Assembly (NCBI RefSeq): GCF_006345805.1
Contig: NC_043000.1
Location: 79,670,001 to 79,734,000, forward strand
Source: Octopus sinensis
Lineage: Eukaryota
Direction: 5' to 3'
DNA: 64,000 nucleotides
Positions within the stretch are counted from its first letter, which is position 1; every line of letters begins with the position of its first letter. Shown piece after piece: positions 1 to 12,429 of this stretch. A program made the position numbers and the translations under genes. The notes under the pieces are model-generated. The model was given only the letters and a program-made list of their open reading frames with translations, searched no databases and was not told the DNA's origin.

Positions 1-126
1 ATTTGAAAAAAATATACCTTGCAATATACCTGATAAGAATTTAGAAGCCTCAAGAGAAATGAAATAATTTTCTTTAATATCCTGAAGTTTTTTTTTTAAT
101 CCCAAATTTAGATGCTTTAGTAAGTT

Positions 127-300
127 GGTGAGCTGGCAGAATCGTTAGCATGCCAGACAAGATGCTTAGTGGCATTTCATCCATCTTTACATTCTGAGTT
201 CAAATTCCTCCAGGGTCAACTTTGCCTTTCATCCTTTCAGGGTCGATAAATTAAGTACCAGTGAAACACAGGGGTCGATGTAATTGACTAGTCTCCTACC
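127..300 (+). mobile_element. tRNA-derived SINE family B; many minus-strand copies at about 23690-24855, 47130-47990, 51650-51740
   Basis: A-box-like gctggcagaatcg, B-box-like gagttcaaattcc, core gcctttcatcctttc.gggtcgataaattaagtaccag. Confidence 0.85.
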
Positions 301-411
301 CTAAAATTCTAGTAATGAACTTCCACTTTAGTTTTTTTTCCCGCAGGTAAATAATTAGGAAAATAAAGTCAGTGATGATGATGATGATTAATTTAAGCAT
401 AGTCTACCAAC

Positions 412-565
412 CGTGAAGTGTCACCGGAGAAAAATAAACCTCAGGGTATTGCTCGTTGGGATGGGCCTCAATCTCCTCTTCAGCAGTTTTCTCATTGCAA
501 TAGACAGCTTTATTGGAGAGGCCAAGAGCTGGAACACTGGCTCCTTGTGGCACAGAAGAAATTTC
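412..565 (-). CDS. ELP2: ELP2 exon 14 (EISSVPQGASVPALGLSNKAVY...YFSPVTLH)
   Basis: Acceptor ttttcag, donor gttggt; GASVPALGLSNKAV motif; not in the ORF track (only its antisense shadows 413..628 and 418..606 are listed). Confidence 0.95.
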
Positions 566-1234
566 CTGAAAAGATTCACACAAAAGATGAACTTTTACTG
601 TTATAGATCACAGAATCTTGAAATATAAAGCCTCTTTTTGATACAAAAAATGCTTGAGACCATCCTTGGTTCTATGACAAAAACTTCCCGTTTTCAAGTC
701 ATGTAAATTAAAATCTGCATCAAAATTTCATATCAATTATGTTTTAAGCTTCAGTTTAATAATAACAAAGTTTTATTGAGTTTATCATTACTTTGAAAAT
801 TAAATGAAAGAAAGGCAAAGTATTTCAATGAAAGTCTAGCAACAAAAAGGTTAATTTCTAGCTGTCAACATTGTACCATTATGTAAATTCCTGTTTAATA
901 AAGGCTAACCAAGGGCTAAACGATGACTAGCTATAAATAGTATCACTACATCTGATACTCACAGACTAGTAGAACTTTGAGGTTACTAGGCTTGCAAGAA
1001 GTAGCAGCCTAATCTCCCTCTAATCACACTCTACTGCCTTAAAAGTGAAAGAACATATTGGATAATGTTGTCTTAGATATATTAGACTTGAAAAATAAAA
1101 GCTATGCTCTGGTTAAACTGCTGAAGCAGAGCTGTGCTAGTGCTAAACTATTAGATCAGGGATGAGATAGATCCAAATAACTTCACAGACTGCAGAAGAA
1201 CGCAAAATACCATCAAATGTGAGACAATAATTAC

Positions 1235-1429
1235 CTTATTTTTCAATTCCACTTCAATGTCCAATTTGCTAATATTGCAAAAATTCTCAATAAAATTCTT
1301 TGGTGCATTAAACACCCTCAACACTTTCTCATCTGCACCACTGACAAACTTATAACGATGTAGAACAGCAAGACATTGTATATCATAGCCATGCACTTGA
1401 GGACGGGCAACTTCATACCATGTTGGTCG
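1235..1429 (-). CDS. ELP2: ELP2 exon 13 ([16 protein letters not shown]...[19 protein letters not shown]...ELKNK)
   Basis: Acceptor tctgcag, donor gtaatt; signature ELP2 motifs. Confidence 0.97.
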
Positions 1430-1489
1430 CTGCAGAAGAAATGGTTCCAAGAAAGACTTAAATTTTACAAAAGAACATGATTTACAGTC

Positions 1490-2355
1490 ATCATCAATGT
1501 TGTCATCGTCGTTTTAATGTCCACTTCCCATGCTGACATGGGTTGGAATGTTTGACGGAGGACTGGCGAGCCAGAAGGCTGCACTAGGCTCCAATCTGAT
1601 CTGGCAAAGTTTCTACAGCTGGATGCTCTTCCTAATGCCAACCACTCCAAGAGTGTAGTGGGTGCTTTTATGTGCACGAGGGCCAGTCAGGCAGTTCTGA
1701 CAACGACCACGCTCAAAATGTGTTTTTTACATGCTACCTGCATGGGAGCCAGTCCGGCAGCACTGGCAATGACCACACTCGAATGTTGTTTTACACATCC
1801 CACAGGCACATATGCCAGTAAGGTGACACTGGCAATGATCATGTTCGAATGGTGATTTTTACATGCCACTGGCATGGGAGCCAATCAGGTGGTACTGTCA
1901 TCGGCCACATCAGTGACTTTGATTTTGATTTCACTTGCCACAACAGGTCTTCACAAGCAAAGTTTATTGTCCAATGAATGAGGGATACTCATATGTGGGC
2001 TGGTTACACCCACTGGTGTAGGCCACGGATTATGGTCTCACTTGGCTTGTCGAGTCTTCTCAAGCACAGCATATCTCCAAAGGTCTCAGTCACTAGTCAC
2101 TGCCTTGGTAAGGCCCAATGTTCAAAGGTTGTGCTTCACCACCTCATCCCAGGTCTTCCTGGGTCTAATTCTTCCACAGGTTCCCTCAACTGCTAGGGTG
2201 TGACACTTTTTCACACAGCTATCCTCATTCATTCACAACACATGACCATACCAGTGCAGTCGTCTCTCTTGCACACCACATGTGATGCTTCTTAAATCCA
2301 ACTTTTCTCTCAGGGCGCTTACACTCTGTCGTGTATGCACATTGACATTACACAG
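1490..2355 (-). mobile_element. RTE 3-prime fragment (end of ORF + 3-prime UTR), ELP2 intron 12
   Basis: Minus strand reads REKLDLRSITCGVQERRL.WYGH...KTWDEVVKH; the UTR repeats and tail match E1. Confidence 0.88.
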
Positions 2356-2575
2356 CCAGCGGATGAAGATAGATGTTGAATCAAACACAAAATACTAAAT
2401 ATTTATATTATTGATATCTTCAATATCATCATCTTTTATTAATAATGTATCTGATAGCAATATCTGCCTCTGATGTCTACAGTGATACAGACCACAGATA
2501 GAAGCATCAGTGATATCCAACCAGACAGCAGTGATGTCTTGATATGAAGTCAAACAACAAAAAGTTTGTCCTTAC

Positions 2576-2731
2576 CTGTAGGGTATCTGTCACCCAAGGG
2601 GCATGAAATCTACAGGTTTGATCCAAGCCGACACTAAGCAAGTAGCTCCCATCAACTGGATCCCAAGCAATATCATCAACAGCCTTGAAATGTCCACCTC
2701 CTGTTACAGCTGGTTCCCAACATAGCTTCTC
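2576..2731 (-). CDS. ELP2: ELP2 exon 12 ([25 protein letters not shown]...[16 protein letters not shown])
   Basis: Acceptor ttatcag, donor gtaagg; GHF..V.D..WDP and DQT.R.HAPW motifs. Confidence 0.96.
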
Positions 2732-2899
2732 CTGATAATAGTAACCATAGAGATCACAAAGACATTACATAATTTTTCATCAAGAAAACAGGGTAGAGCA
2801 GCAACATGAAACTGTACAAGAGATTCAGTTTACCTATACCAAGTTTAACTGTCTAATTACAAGTTTCAACCTCCTGAAACCTATTATTGCAGAAACTAA

Positions 2900-4037
2900 A
2901 AATATTGATAGGATTCAGAGATGCATAATCATCTCATAAAAAGTTCCCATAAAGCAACAACTTTATTTTTAGCATATTTAATTTTCTATACAAAGGACCC
3001 ATCACAGAACCAAGAAGAAGCAGCCAAAAGATGTTCAAAAATGTTCAAAAACTGCAGTCAAGATGCAGCAAATGAAAGTACTTGCAAAATTCAGACATGG
3101 CAATTTTGATTTGCTTGATAAGCCTAAATCAGAACATCCTTCCAAATTGAAAGACAAAATGCTACAGGCAACACTTGCAAGGAATCTTACTATGGTGGTG
3201 AGAAAACTTTCCATTGAATTTAACATTAACATCTGACCATTCATAATCATTTGAAAAGCAAGGAAAAGTTTTTAAGTAGGTGGAAATTGGTTCCTCGTGC
3301 TCTTTAGGCAGCAAATTATCAACACAAGCTTGATTGTTGTGAATCATTCCGTACACATAACCATCAAGCACCATTTTTAAACTGGATCATACGGGAGATG
3401 AAAAATGGAATCTTTACAGCAATATTAAGCGCTGCAGACTGAGGTTAAGTCCAAATTAAAAACTTGTACTATGTCCACAAAAAGTATATTATCCAAAGAA
3501 AACTTTATTGAGTGTTTGGTGGAATATGGAAAGAAGTATTCATTATGAGCCTTTAGGGTCAAATCAAAGAGCAACTTCTGAAGTCAATTATTAGCAGCTT
3601 TACTATTTGAAGACTGCTTTAGATAGTAAACATCTTGCCTTAATAAACTGCAGTGGAATTCTCTTTCATCATGATAATGCTAAACCTCACATTGAAGAAG
3701 TTACTGAAATATTCAGGAATCCTTTGGATAGGAAAAATGCTATATCATCCATATTCCCCAGACCTCACTCCATCAAACTTCCATTTGTTTAAATCATTGC
3801 AAAACTATTTAGATGGACAGTATGCACAGCAAAGAAGACAGAGAAGATTAATTAAATATATTTAATTAAGTTTATATTTTAATTAAAGATCCAAAGAATT
3901 TTTCAAATTAAGCATTCAAAAAGAAAAGTGATAAAAAATAAAAGAACTTATATAGGTTATCAAATTTGCAGTATTATCCTGTTTGTGCTTTTAAATAAGT
4001 ACTAAAAATTAAACAGAACTTACTATACAGCCCTATA
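2900..4037 (+). mobile_element. Decayed mariner transposon
   Basis: Remnants ILFHHDNAKPH and YSPDLTPSNFHLF; TIR-like right end cagaacttactatacagccctata. Confidence 0.85.
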
Positions 4038-4124
4038 TAAAATACTAACATTTCTTGATTAAATACAAAGCAAATAATTTTAATAGGTGATAGGTGCAAT
4101 TAATGGAATTAACCTCGTTTTATA

Positions 4125-5825
4125 TATATGTAAGAGCTACAGCCCAATTGATTAGGAGCAAAATTAGGGTAGATGAAGTGCAGTTCATCTCTGTCCAAGG
4201 AAGAAGCACTGCAATTGCTATTTTCCTAGTCAGGCAACTGCAAAAGACATAGTTAAGAATAAACCATTATACTTGGCATTCGTAGATCTAAGAGAAAGCC
4301 TTCAATACAGTATCTTGCTGTGTGATATGGTGGGCTCTGAGGAGGATAAGGATAGACAAGTGACTGGTGAAAGCTGTGCAGGCCATGCAAAGAGATACTG
4401 TTAATAAGGTGAGAATTAACCATGAGTACAGCAAAGAATTTGGTGTAAAGGTAGGGGTTTATCAAGGCTCAGTCCTCAGACCCCTCCTTGTCATCATTGT
4501 CCTCCAGGCCATAACAGAGGAATTCAAGACCAGCAGCCCCTGAGAACCCCATATTCTGATAATGTTGCCCTCAAAGCAGATTCCATATCAGAGCTAGGAT
4601 AGAAACTCCAGGTGTGGAAGCAAAACCTGGAATCTAAGGGCCTTAAGGTTAACTTAGAAAAAACTAAAATCTTAGTAAGCAAGGAAACAGACAGGACCCT
4701 ACCCACTTAAGGTAGGTGGCCCTGTTAGATTTGTAGGAAAGGTATAGGCAGGAATACCATATGGTGTACATAGTGTAAACTTTGGACACAAAAGAGGTGC
4801 AGTGGATTAATAGGAAGATTATCAGAAAAGATAGTTTTCTTATGTGGAAAATGGACAGGATCCATAAAAACTTTAGAGACTTGGGAAATTAATTCTCTCA
4901 AATGCCTTGGTCATTCATTAGAGGTAGTAGATAATTTCTGCTACCTAGTGGACCAAATTAGTAGTAAGGGAAGATGCACAGAAAGTGTATTAGCTACAAT
5001 ATGAATAGGATGGAGGAAATTCAGAGAGCTGTTACCTCTGTTGCTTACAAAAGGATTTTCTCTCCGATTGGAAGGAAGATTGTATGATGCATGTATATGG
5101 ATAGCAGTTCTATATGCTTATGAGACATAGTCCCTGAATGCAGAGGACATGCAAAAGTTAGAGAGAAATGAGGCTCTGCTGGATGTGTTATGTAAGTGTA
5201 CATGTTCAATAGAGTGCTTGTTACATTGAGAGAGAACTTAGGCACAAGAGGAATTAGTTGCGTGCAAGAGAGAAGACTGCAATGGTTTGGTCATGTGATG
5301 TGGATGGATGCTGACAGCTCCATAAAGAGGTGCTGATTTCTCAAAGTGAAAGTGGGAGACCCAGGAAGACATGGGACAAAGTACTGAAGAACAACTCCTG
5401 GATGCTGACCCTTTCAGGTGAGATGACAAAGGACTGAAATGCCTGGTGCTTTGCTGTACTGAAGAAGACCTGTACGCTGCAGCAGAAGTGTTAAGACTGG
5501 TGCCTCTGGTGGCCAGGATTGGCCTGCAATAGTCCTGTATCGATGCCACGTAAAAAGTACAAGTGGTGGTGCCATCTAAAGGTGCTTGTGTGGAGCTATG
5601 TAAAAACGCCTGTGTGGCACCATGTAAAAGTGTCCATGCAGTGCCACGTAAAAGCGCCCAGCACACTCTGTAAAGTGGTCAGCATTAAGAAGAGCATCTG
5701 GCTGTAGAAACCATGCCAAATCAGACTGGAATCTGGTGCAGCCCCTCAGCTTACCAGCCCTGGTCAAACCGTCCAACCTATACCAGCATGGACAATGGAA
5801 GCTAAATGATGATGATGGTGATGAT
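4125..5825 (+). mobile_element. Heavily decayed RTE copy (E4), antisense in ELP2 intron 11
   Basis: Plus-strand remnants of QLIR..DE.QF, EKAF, QGSVL, the Cys-rich finger and C-terminal motifs, followed by the family 3-prime tail ending in GAT repeats. Confidence 0.85.
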
Positions 5826-8170
5826 TATAAATCATCATCATCATCATTTAACATTTGACTAGAGATGACAAGCTGGAGAGCTGCAGCAGATACCATTTTG
5901 ATTTGGCATGGTTTCTACAGCTGGATGCCCTTCCTAACATCAACCACTCCAAGAGAAGTACTTCTTTTATTGATGAAAAAGTTTTCATCAACTTGAAACT
6001 CTAATTCAAAACAGAGAGGAAGCTATACACAGCAGGGAATTTCATCTGATGCTCTGCTGTCTTGGCTCATTTATTCCACTCTTACATTGTACAAAATACT
6101 GTCCACATTATGTAGATAGTAGAAAACAAAGTAAAGTTGGTGGCAAGAAGCAATAAAAGACAGGGGAAGGTGTGTTTGTATTAGACGGAAAAGATACTGG
6201 TTGCAGAGCAGATTAGGTCTCACAAATACATCAATACAAGGCATAGGTATGGATATATGATTAAAAAGTTCACTTCACAACCATGTAGTATGGGTTCAAT
6301 CCCACAGTGTAGCACTTTGGGCAAATGTCATATTCCTCAGCCTTGGGTTGACTAATAACTTGTGAGTAGAATTTGGTTGATGGAAACTACGCAGAAGTCC
6401 ATTCTATGTCCCCCTCCTTGTCATCATCATTTTACATGGTTTTCTATGTTGCCAAGGGTTAGACATTTTGACAGGATTCAATGGGCTGAAGGAACAGTCT
6501 TTCTCTAATGTTTTAGTTTTGGCATGATTCCTTTGACTGAATGCCCTTCCTAACACCAAGCGGTTCACAGTGTACTGACTTTTTTTTTTTCTGCATGCCA
6601 AGCACTGATGAAGTCAATGTGTATCTTGCAAAACTCTCAAAACCTCGTCTGAGAGAAATTTAAAAAAGCTTGGTATGAATTTAGAAAAGGTGTTGAAAAG
6701 TTAAGAAATGATAGGAGGAACACATTAATTGTATATGTACACATACACACACATATGAAGGTAAGTGAGATATATCATTCCACTGCAGATACTAAAGAAT
6801 TTTAATGACACTGAATTATTTCCCCTTACGGTAACAATCATTTCACTTTGGTATCTTATGTGAACAAAGAAATAAATATCAAAGTATTGGAGTCAATATC
6901 ATTGATAAAAAAAATAAATAAAAATTGTTGAAAGCAGTGCTCTAGCATAACTGAAGTCAAGTGACTGAAGCCAATTACTGAATGAAAGTAAAATCAATAT
7001 GCAACAACCAAAATTAATCAATCCTAATCAAAAATTTCTTAGAAGATTATTTATAAATATAGTAAAAGCTTAATTCACTATTGTGATAATCTGAGTTGGC
7101 ATTTTTTAGTTTTCCATTCAGTGTTTTGAAAAGAAAACAAAATTGTCATCCATACATGCAACCCTGCTTTATCTTAGGTGCCTCTAAGTTGATTTAAGAT
7201 GTTATGAAGGAGAAAATAAAGTTCCAGCTACTGTGACAAGTGCAGCCAGAGATACCTCTTCCTTTCCTGCCAGACTCCTTGTTCACACTCCTTCCAGTTC
7301 CATGGACAATCCAACTTCTGACACCAACATGACTCCAACAGCAAAGTTAGCAGCAGGGAAACTGCAGACCAGCATAGCAAGCCAACTTTCCCAGAGAAGT
7401 CATGCTAGTTAGATGTCTTGTAGAATGTAGTTCTTTGCTGTTGGAGCTGTGATGCTGTCAGGAGGCTGTGATTTGCAACAGATGTTTACAAAGAGCTAAG
7501 AATTTTGAAGTACCTGCTGATACTGCTTATTTAGAATTAGCTTTACAATATTTTCTTTTAATGCAGAACATGTTATAGTAAACTTAATGTATTAATACAA
7601 ATACTAGTAAAGTAGTTTGCATCATAGTACATGTCTTGCAGGGTAGTAGGTACTATAGTACATGTATTAGTAGCTGTAAACGGTCTTACAACATGGTATA
7701 TGATTGTAACTACTTTGACCATTAATTATACACCACAGTGGTGGTGGTGATAAAGACCAACAAACTAGCAGCTTTTTAAACATTGCTATTGGTTATGTTA
7801 TGGTTCTGAGTTCAAATCCACCCAGTTCAACTTAAAACTTTCATTTCTCCAATACACTCACCATCATCCTTGGGTAGGTTACTTGATATTTTCTTAATAT
7901 GACTAGATGCCCTTCCTGTGCCAGCCCATACAGTCACTTTTTACGTGGGGTCATGGGATACATATTCTAAAACTGGAAAACACAGTTAGGACACCAATAT
8001 TCTAAATATGATTAAATTTACAGAGAGTAATGCTTAAGAAAAGAAGTGGCATTCAGTTAGATTTGTCACTTAGGATGGATTATCAAAATAGCTCAAATGA
8101 CAAAAAAAAAAATAATAAAGTATTTACATTATCAGGAATAAGTAAAGGAAGATGTCTTTAAACTACTTAC

Positions 8171-8293
8171 TTTATTAAATGTCCATTGATGTAGAGCACC
8201 TTGGTAACCATGGGCTAAGATAGAATCACCGCATGGACTGAACAAACCACCATAAAACCCTAATGTATTTCCACCAACTTCTCCAACACGAAC
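8171..8293 (-). CDS. ELP2: ELP2 exon 11 ([41 protein letters not shown])
   Basis: Acceptor cttgtag, donor gtaagt; highly conserved ELP2 motif; phase 0-0. Confidence 0.97.
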
Positions 8294-9306
8294 CTACAAG
8301 AGACACATGGTTACAGTAATATATACATATGATATATAGTTAAATAAAGATTCAGGTACAAGCCTGGTGATATGCTATGCAAAGTTTGTCCATAGTTATT
8401 GGCTACCTGATGTCATCATATAGTGGAAATGCTCTTGCTACTGGATATACATCAGGAATTCCGTAATATCTGTAGAATTTATATAGATAAATAATAGAAA
8501 ATGGAATGAACAATTTTCTTTATTTAAAATCACTACAAGTTTTTCAACATATTTTTACACCTGTATTACATTGGTGAGATGTTGTGTAATGACGTGGTGT
8601 GTAATCATTATCATGTATCAAAACATCTGTAGTGATTTTAAATGATGTTCATTCTATTTTCTATCATTTACCTGTCTGTCTGTCCATGTATGTATATATA
8701 TATATATATCATCATCATCATCATCGTTTAGCGTCCGTTTTCCATGCTAGCATGGGTTGGACGGTTCTACTGGGGTCTGTGAAGCCAGAAGGCTTCATCA
8801 GGCCCAGTCAAATCTGGCAGTGTTTCTACGGCTGGATGCCCTTCCTAACGCCAACCACTTCGTGAGTGTAGTGGGTGCTTTTTACGTGCCAACCGCACTG
8901 GTGCCTGCCAGACAGAGCTGGCAAACGGCCACGAACGGATGGTGCTTTTTATGTGCCACCGGCACGAGGGCCAGGCGAGGCTGGCAACGGACACGAAACG
9001 GGGCGGTGCTGGCAACGGTCGCGAAACGGAAAGTTCTCTTACATGCCACCGGCACTGGTAACACATCTGCAATTTCCATTGATCGATTTCGATTCTGATC
9101 CTCACTTGCCTCAACGGGTCTTCACAAGCAGAGTTTCGACATGCCACCGGCACTGGTAGCACATCCGCAATTTCCATTGATCGATTTCGATTCTGATCCT
9201 CACTTGCCTCAACACGTCTTCACAAGTAGAGTTTTGTGTCCCAAGAAGGGAAGGTATGCATACGTAGGCTGGCTCCATCCCATGTAGAAGGCCACGGGTT
9301 ATGGAC

Positions 9307-12300
9307 TCACTTGTCCTGCCGGGTCTTCTCGCGCACAGCACACTTCCAGAGGTCTCGGTCTCTAGTCATTTCCTCAGTGAGACCTAAAGTTCGAAGGTCG
9401 TGCTTCACCACCTCGTCCCAGGTTTTCCTGGGTCTGCCTCTTCCACAGGTTCCCTCAACCGCTAGGGTGTGGCACTTTTTCACACAACTATCTTCATCCA
9501 TTCTCGCCACATGACCATACCAGCGCAAACGTCTCTCTTGCACACCACAACTGATGCTTCTTAGGTCCAGCTTTTCTCTCAAGGTACTTACACTCTGCCG
9601 AGTGTGAGTACCGGCATTACACATCCATCGGAGCATACTGGCTTCATTTCTAGCGAGCTTACGCATATCCTCAGCAGTCACGGCCCATGTTTCACTGCCA
9701 TGTAGCATGGCTGTTCGTACACACGCATCATACAGTCTGCCTTTCACTCTGTGCGAGAGGCCTTTTGTCACCAGCAGAGGTAAGAGCTCTCTGAACTTTG
9801 CCCAAGCTATTCTTACTCTAGCAGTTACACTTTCAGCACACCCGCCCCCGCTGCTGACTTGGTCACCTAGGTAATGGAAACTATCAACTATTTCTAGTTT
9901 TTCTCCCTGGAAAGTGACGGAAGTTGGTCTCAGAGCATTTTCAGTGTTTATTGTTCCTGAGCATCTGCCACATACAAAAACCATCTTCCTAGTTAGCCTT
10001 CCTTTGACATTGCTGCATCTCTTATGTGTCCATAGCTTACACTTGGTGCATCTTATAGAGTTTCTACCTACACCTTTTCTACAGATCGAGCAGGGCCATC
10101 TACCTGAAGGTGTTTGTGATTTGTCTACCTTCCTACTGATTACGACTTTGGTTTTAGCTAGATTGACTCTGAGGCCCTTCGATTCTAATCCTTGTTTCCA
10201 CACCTGAAACTTCTCCTCCAGTTCTGATAGCGACTCAGCAATTAGAGCAAGGTCATCAGCATAGAGGAGCTCCCAAGGGCATCCTGTCTTGAATTCCTCC
10301 GTTATTGCCTGGAGGACTATGATAAATAGGAGGGGGCTGAGTACTGAGCCTTGGTGGACTCCTACCTCTACCCGGAATTCTTCGCTGTACTCATTTCCAA
10401 CCCTCACCCTACTAGCGGCGTCCCTATACATGGCCCGCACAGCCCTCACTAACCATTCATCTATCCCTAGTTTCCTCATTGCCCACCAGATAAGGGATCG
10501 GGGGACCCTGTCGAAGGCTTTCTCCATGTCAACAAAAGCCAGGTACAGGGGCTTATCTTTGGCTAGGTATTTCTCCTGCAGCTGCCTTACCAGGAATATA
10601 GCATCAGTAGTACTTTTCCCTGGCACAAACCCAAACTGCATCTCATCTAAACTAACTCTCTCTCTAATTAGTTGGGCTATGACCCTCTCCGTAACCTTCA
10701 TCACCTGGTCCAACAGCTTGATACCTCTGTAGTTATTTGTATCTAGGGCGTCACCTTTACCTTTGTAGCAGTTGACTATTATACTGCTACACCAGTCATT
10801 GGGTATGACCCCTTTGTGTATCACCTGATTAACTATACGGGTGACTAGGCTATAGCCGACACTACCAGACATTTTGAGCATCTCTGCAGTGATTCCTGAT
10901 GGGCCTGGGGCTTTCCCTGTCTTCATACTTCTAATTGCCTTAGCTACCACGGAACTATCAACTCGGATAGCTGGTCCCTCTGTTGGGTCAACATTCGTCA
11001 GACTCTCTTTATCCCATTCATTTTCTTCATTCAGCAACCTTTCATAGTGGCATCTCCAAACCTCTCTCTTTGCATCCTCATTTAGCGCAAGTGAACCATC
11101 TTCCATGCGAACACACTTCTCTCCTACCACATCACGATTCTCTCTCACACACTGTCTTGCAACACGAAACACCTCCAGTCTTTGGTCCTCACGGCGCAGA
11201 ACATTGGCAAATTTTTTCTTATCTGCTTCCCCTCTGGCTAAATAAACCTGTCTCCTAGCTTCTCTTTTGGCAGTCTGATACAATTCCCTGCTACCCCCAT
11301 TTTTCCAGACCTTCCAAGCCTGTCTCTTTTCTCTAATAGCCCTGTCTACAATATTGTTCCACCACCACGTTATTCTAGGTCGAGAGGGGACTTTGCACCA
11401 GCCACAGATCTGGTCAGTGGCTCTCAGCAGGTTGTCCCTTAGAAACGTCCAGCTGTCTTCTACCCCCTGTGATGCTCTATCCCCTTCTACTTCGTCAGAG
11501 GCTTCAAGTAATATGTCCCTAAATCTCTGTCCATTTGCAGGATCTTTAAGCTTCCAGATCCTTCTTCTCCATATTTGTCGTCTTCTGGTTGTCCTCCTAG
11601 TCCTGATCCTAAAGTCACTAACTACCAGTCTATGTTGTGGGGTACATTCTTCACCTGGGAAGGTTTTGGCATTTATAAGCAGCCATCTCTCCCTTTGTCT
11701 TGTAAGGATGTAGTCAATTTGGCTGGTATGTTGGCCCGATTGGTAAGTGACTAGGTGGCTGGTAGGTTTCCTGAAGTTAGTGTTGCAAATCATAAGATTA
11801 TTTGCATCGCAGAAGTCCAGCAGCCTGGTTCCCTCCTCGTTGCGGGAGCCATAGCCATAGCCTCCATGTACGCCATGGAAGCCCCCAGCATGTCGTCCAA
11901 CGTGACCATTGAAGTCACCAGCCACAAAGATAAGGTCTCTGTCGTTCGTCAACGAGGTAGTCTGCAGTAGAGTGTCATAGAATCGGTCTTTCTGTCCATC
12001 GGGTAGCCCCGACTGAGGAGCATAGGCTGATATAATGGTTGCTAAACTATGATGAAGCACTAATCTAATCTTAAGTATTCTGTCACATACTCTGATTACC
12101 TCAATTACTTTATCTACCCATTTCTCAGCGATAAGTATACCCACGCCACCAACCCCGTCAGTGTTCCCTGCCCAGAAAATCTTGTACCTGCGTTCCTTGC
12201 CTGTGAGGAACCTAGCTGATCCTCCTCTCCACCTTATTTCTTGCATGCAACATATATCCACACATCTCCGTTCAAGCATCTCGACTATCTCACCAGACCT

Positions 12301-12429
12301 ACCTTTCAGAGTGCCAACGTTGAGGGTGCCAACCCTGAGGGTGTGGGAGGCATGGGCTCTAGAGACCCTGGGACGGTGGACAGTAGCTTCGTGTACCTGA
12401 AAAGAAAGCTCGCATTTGGCAGAATTCAT
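9307..12429 (-). CDS. RTE ORF: APE-type endonuclease + reverse transcriptase + C4HC3 finger (1040 aa from MNSAKC; 1055 aa in track)
   Basis: EN motifs GTLNV, QEIRW, SAYAPQ, GDFNGHVG, QIDYIL, QHRLV; RT motifs NYRGIKLL, QFGF, FVDMEKAFDRV, GVHQGSVLSPLLF, LYADDL; C-terminal LHGSETW, RLRWYGHV, GRPRKTW. The start is inferred from the ATG shared with copy E2. Confidence 0.93.
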   Translation of the reverse strand: MNSAKCELSFQVHEATVHRPRVSRAHASHTLRVGTLNVGTLKGRSGEIVEMLERRCVDICCMQEIRWRGGSARFLTGKERRYKIFWAGNTDGVGGVGILIAEKWVDKVIEVIRVCDRILKIRLVLHHSLATIISAYAPQSGLPDGQKDRFYDTLLQTTSLTNDRDLIFVAGDFNGHVGRHAGGFHGVHGGYGYGSRNEEGTRLLDFCDANNLMICNTNFRKPTSHLVTYQSGQHTSQIDYILTRQRERWLLINAKTFPGEECTPQHRLVVSDFRIRTRRTTRRRQIWRRRIWKLKDPANGQRFRDILLEASDEVEGDRASQGVEDSWTFLRDNLLRATDQICGWCKVPSRPRITWWWNNIVDRAIREKRQAWKVWKNGGSRELYQTAKREARRQVYLARGEADKKKFANVLRREDQRLEVFRVARQCVRENRDVVGEKCVRMEDGSLALNEDAKREVWRCHYERLLNEENEWDKESLTNVDPTEGPAIRVDSSVVAKAIRSMKTGKAPGPSGITAEMLKMSGSVGYSLVTRIVNQVIHKGVIPNDWCSSIIVNCYKGKGDALDTNNYRGIKLLDQVMKVTERVIAQLIRERVSLDEMQFGFVPGKSTTDAIFLVRQLQEKYLAKDKPLYLAFVDMEKAFDRVPRSLIWWAMRKLGIDEWLVRAVRAMYRDAASRVRVGNEYSEEFRVEVGVHQGSVLSPLLFIIVLQAITEEFKTGCPWELLYADDLALIAESLSELEEKFQVWKQGLESKGLRVNLAKTKVVISRKVDKSQTPSGRWPCSICRKGVGRNSIRCTKCKLWTHKRCSNVKGRLTRKMVFVCGRCSGTINTENALRPTSVTFQGEKLEIVDSFHYLGDQVSSGGGCAESVTARVRIAWAKFRELLPLLVTKGLSHRVKGRLYDACVRTAMLHGSETWAVTAEDMRKLARNEASMLRWMCNAGTHTRQSVSTLREKLDLRSISCGVQERRLRWYGHVARMDEDSCVKKCHTLAVEGTCGRGRPRKTWDEVVKHDLRTLGLTEEMTRDRDLWKCAVREKTRQDK

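Noticed and set aside
18-30. 12-nt microexon candidate (cag GTATATTGCAAG gt) on the minus strand
   Set aside because: It does not resemble the expected next ELP2 sequence (EPPTE..L.QNTLWPE); chance splice-like words.
127-210. tRNA genes
   Set aside because: The A/B boxes belong to SINE heads; there is no complete cloverleaf.
413-628. Plus-strand 71-aa and 62-aa ORFs
   Set aside because: Antisense to ELP2 exon 14.
10250-10262. Hammerhead-like CTGANGA cores at several sites
   Set aside because: They fall in YADD codons or (GAT)n tails and lack the flanking stems and GAAA arrangement.
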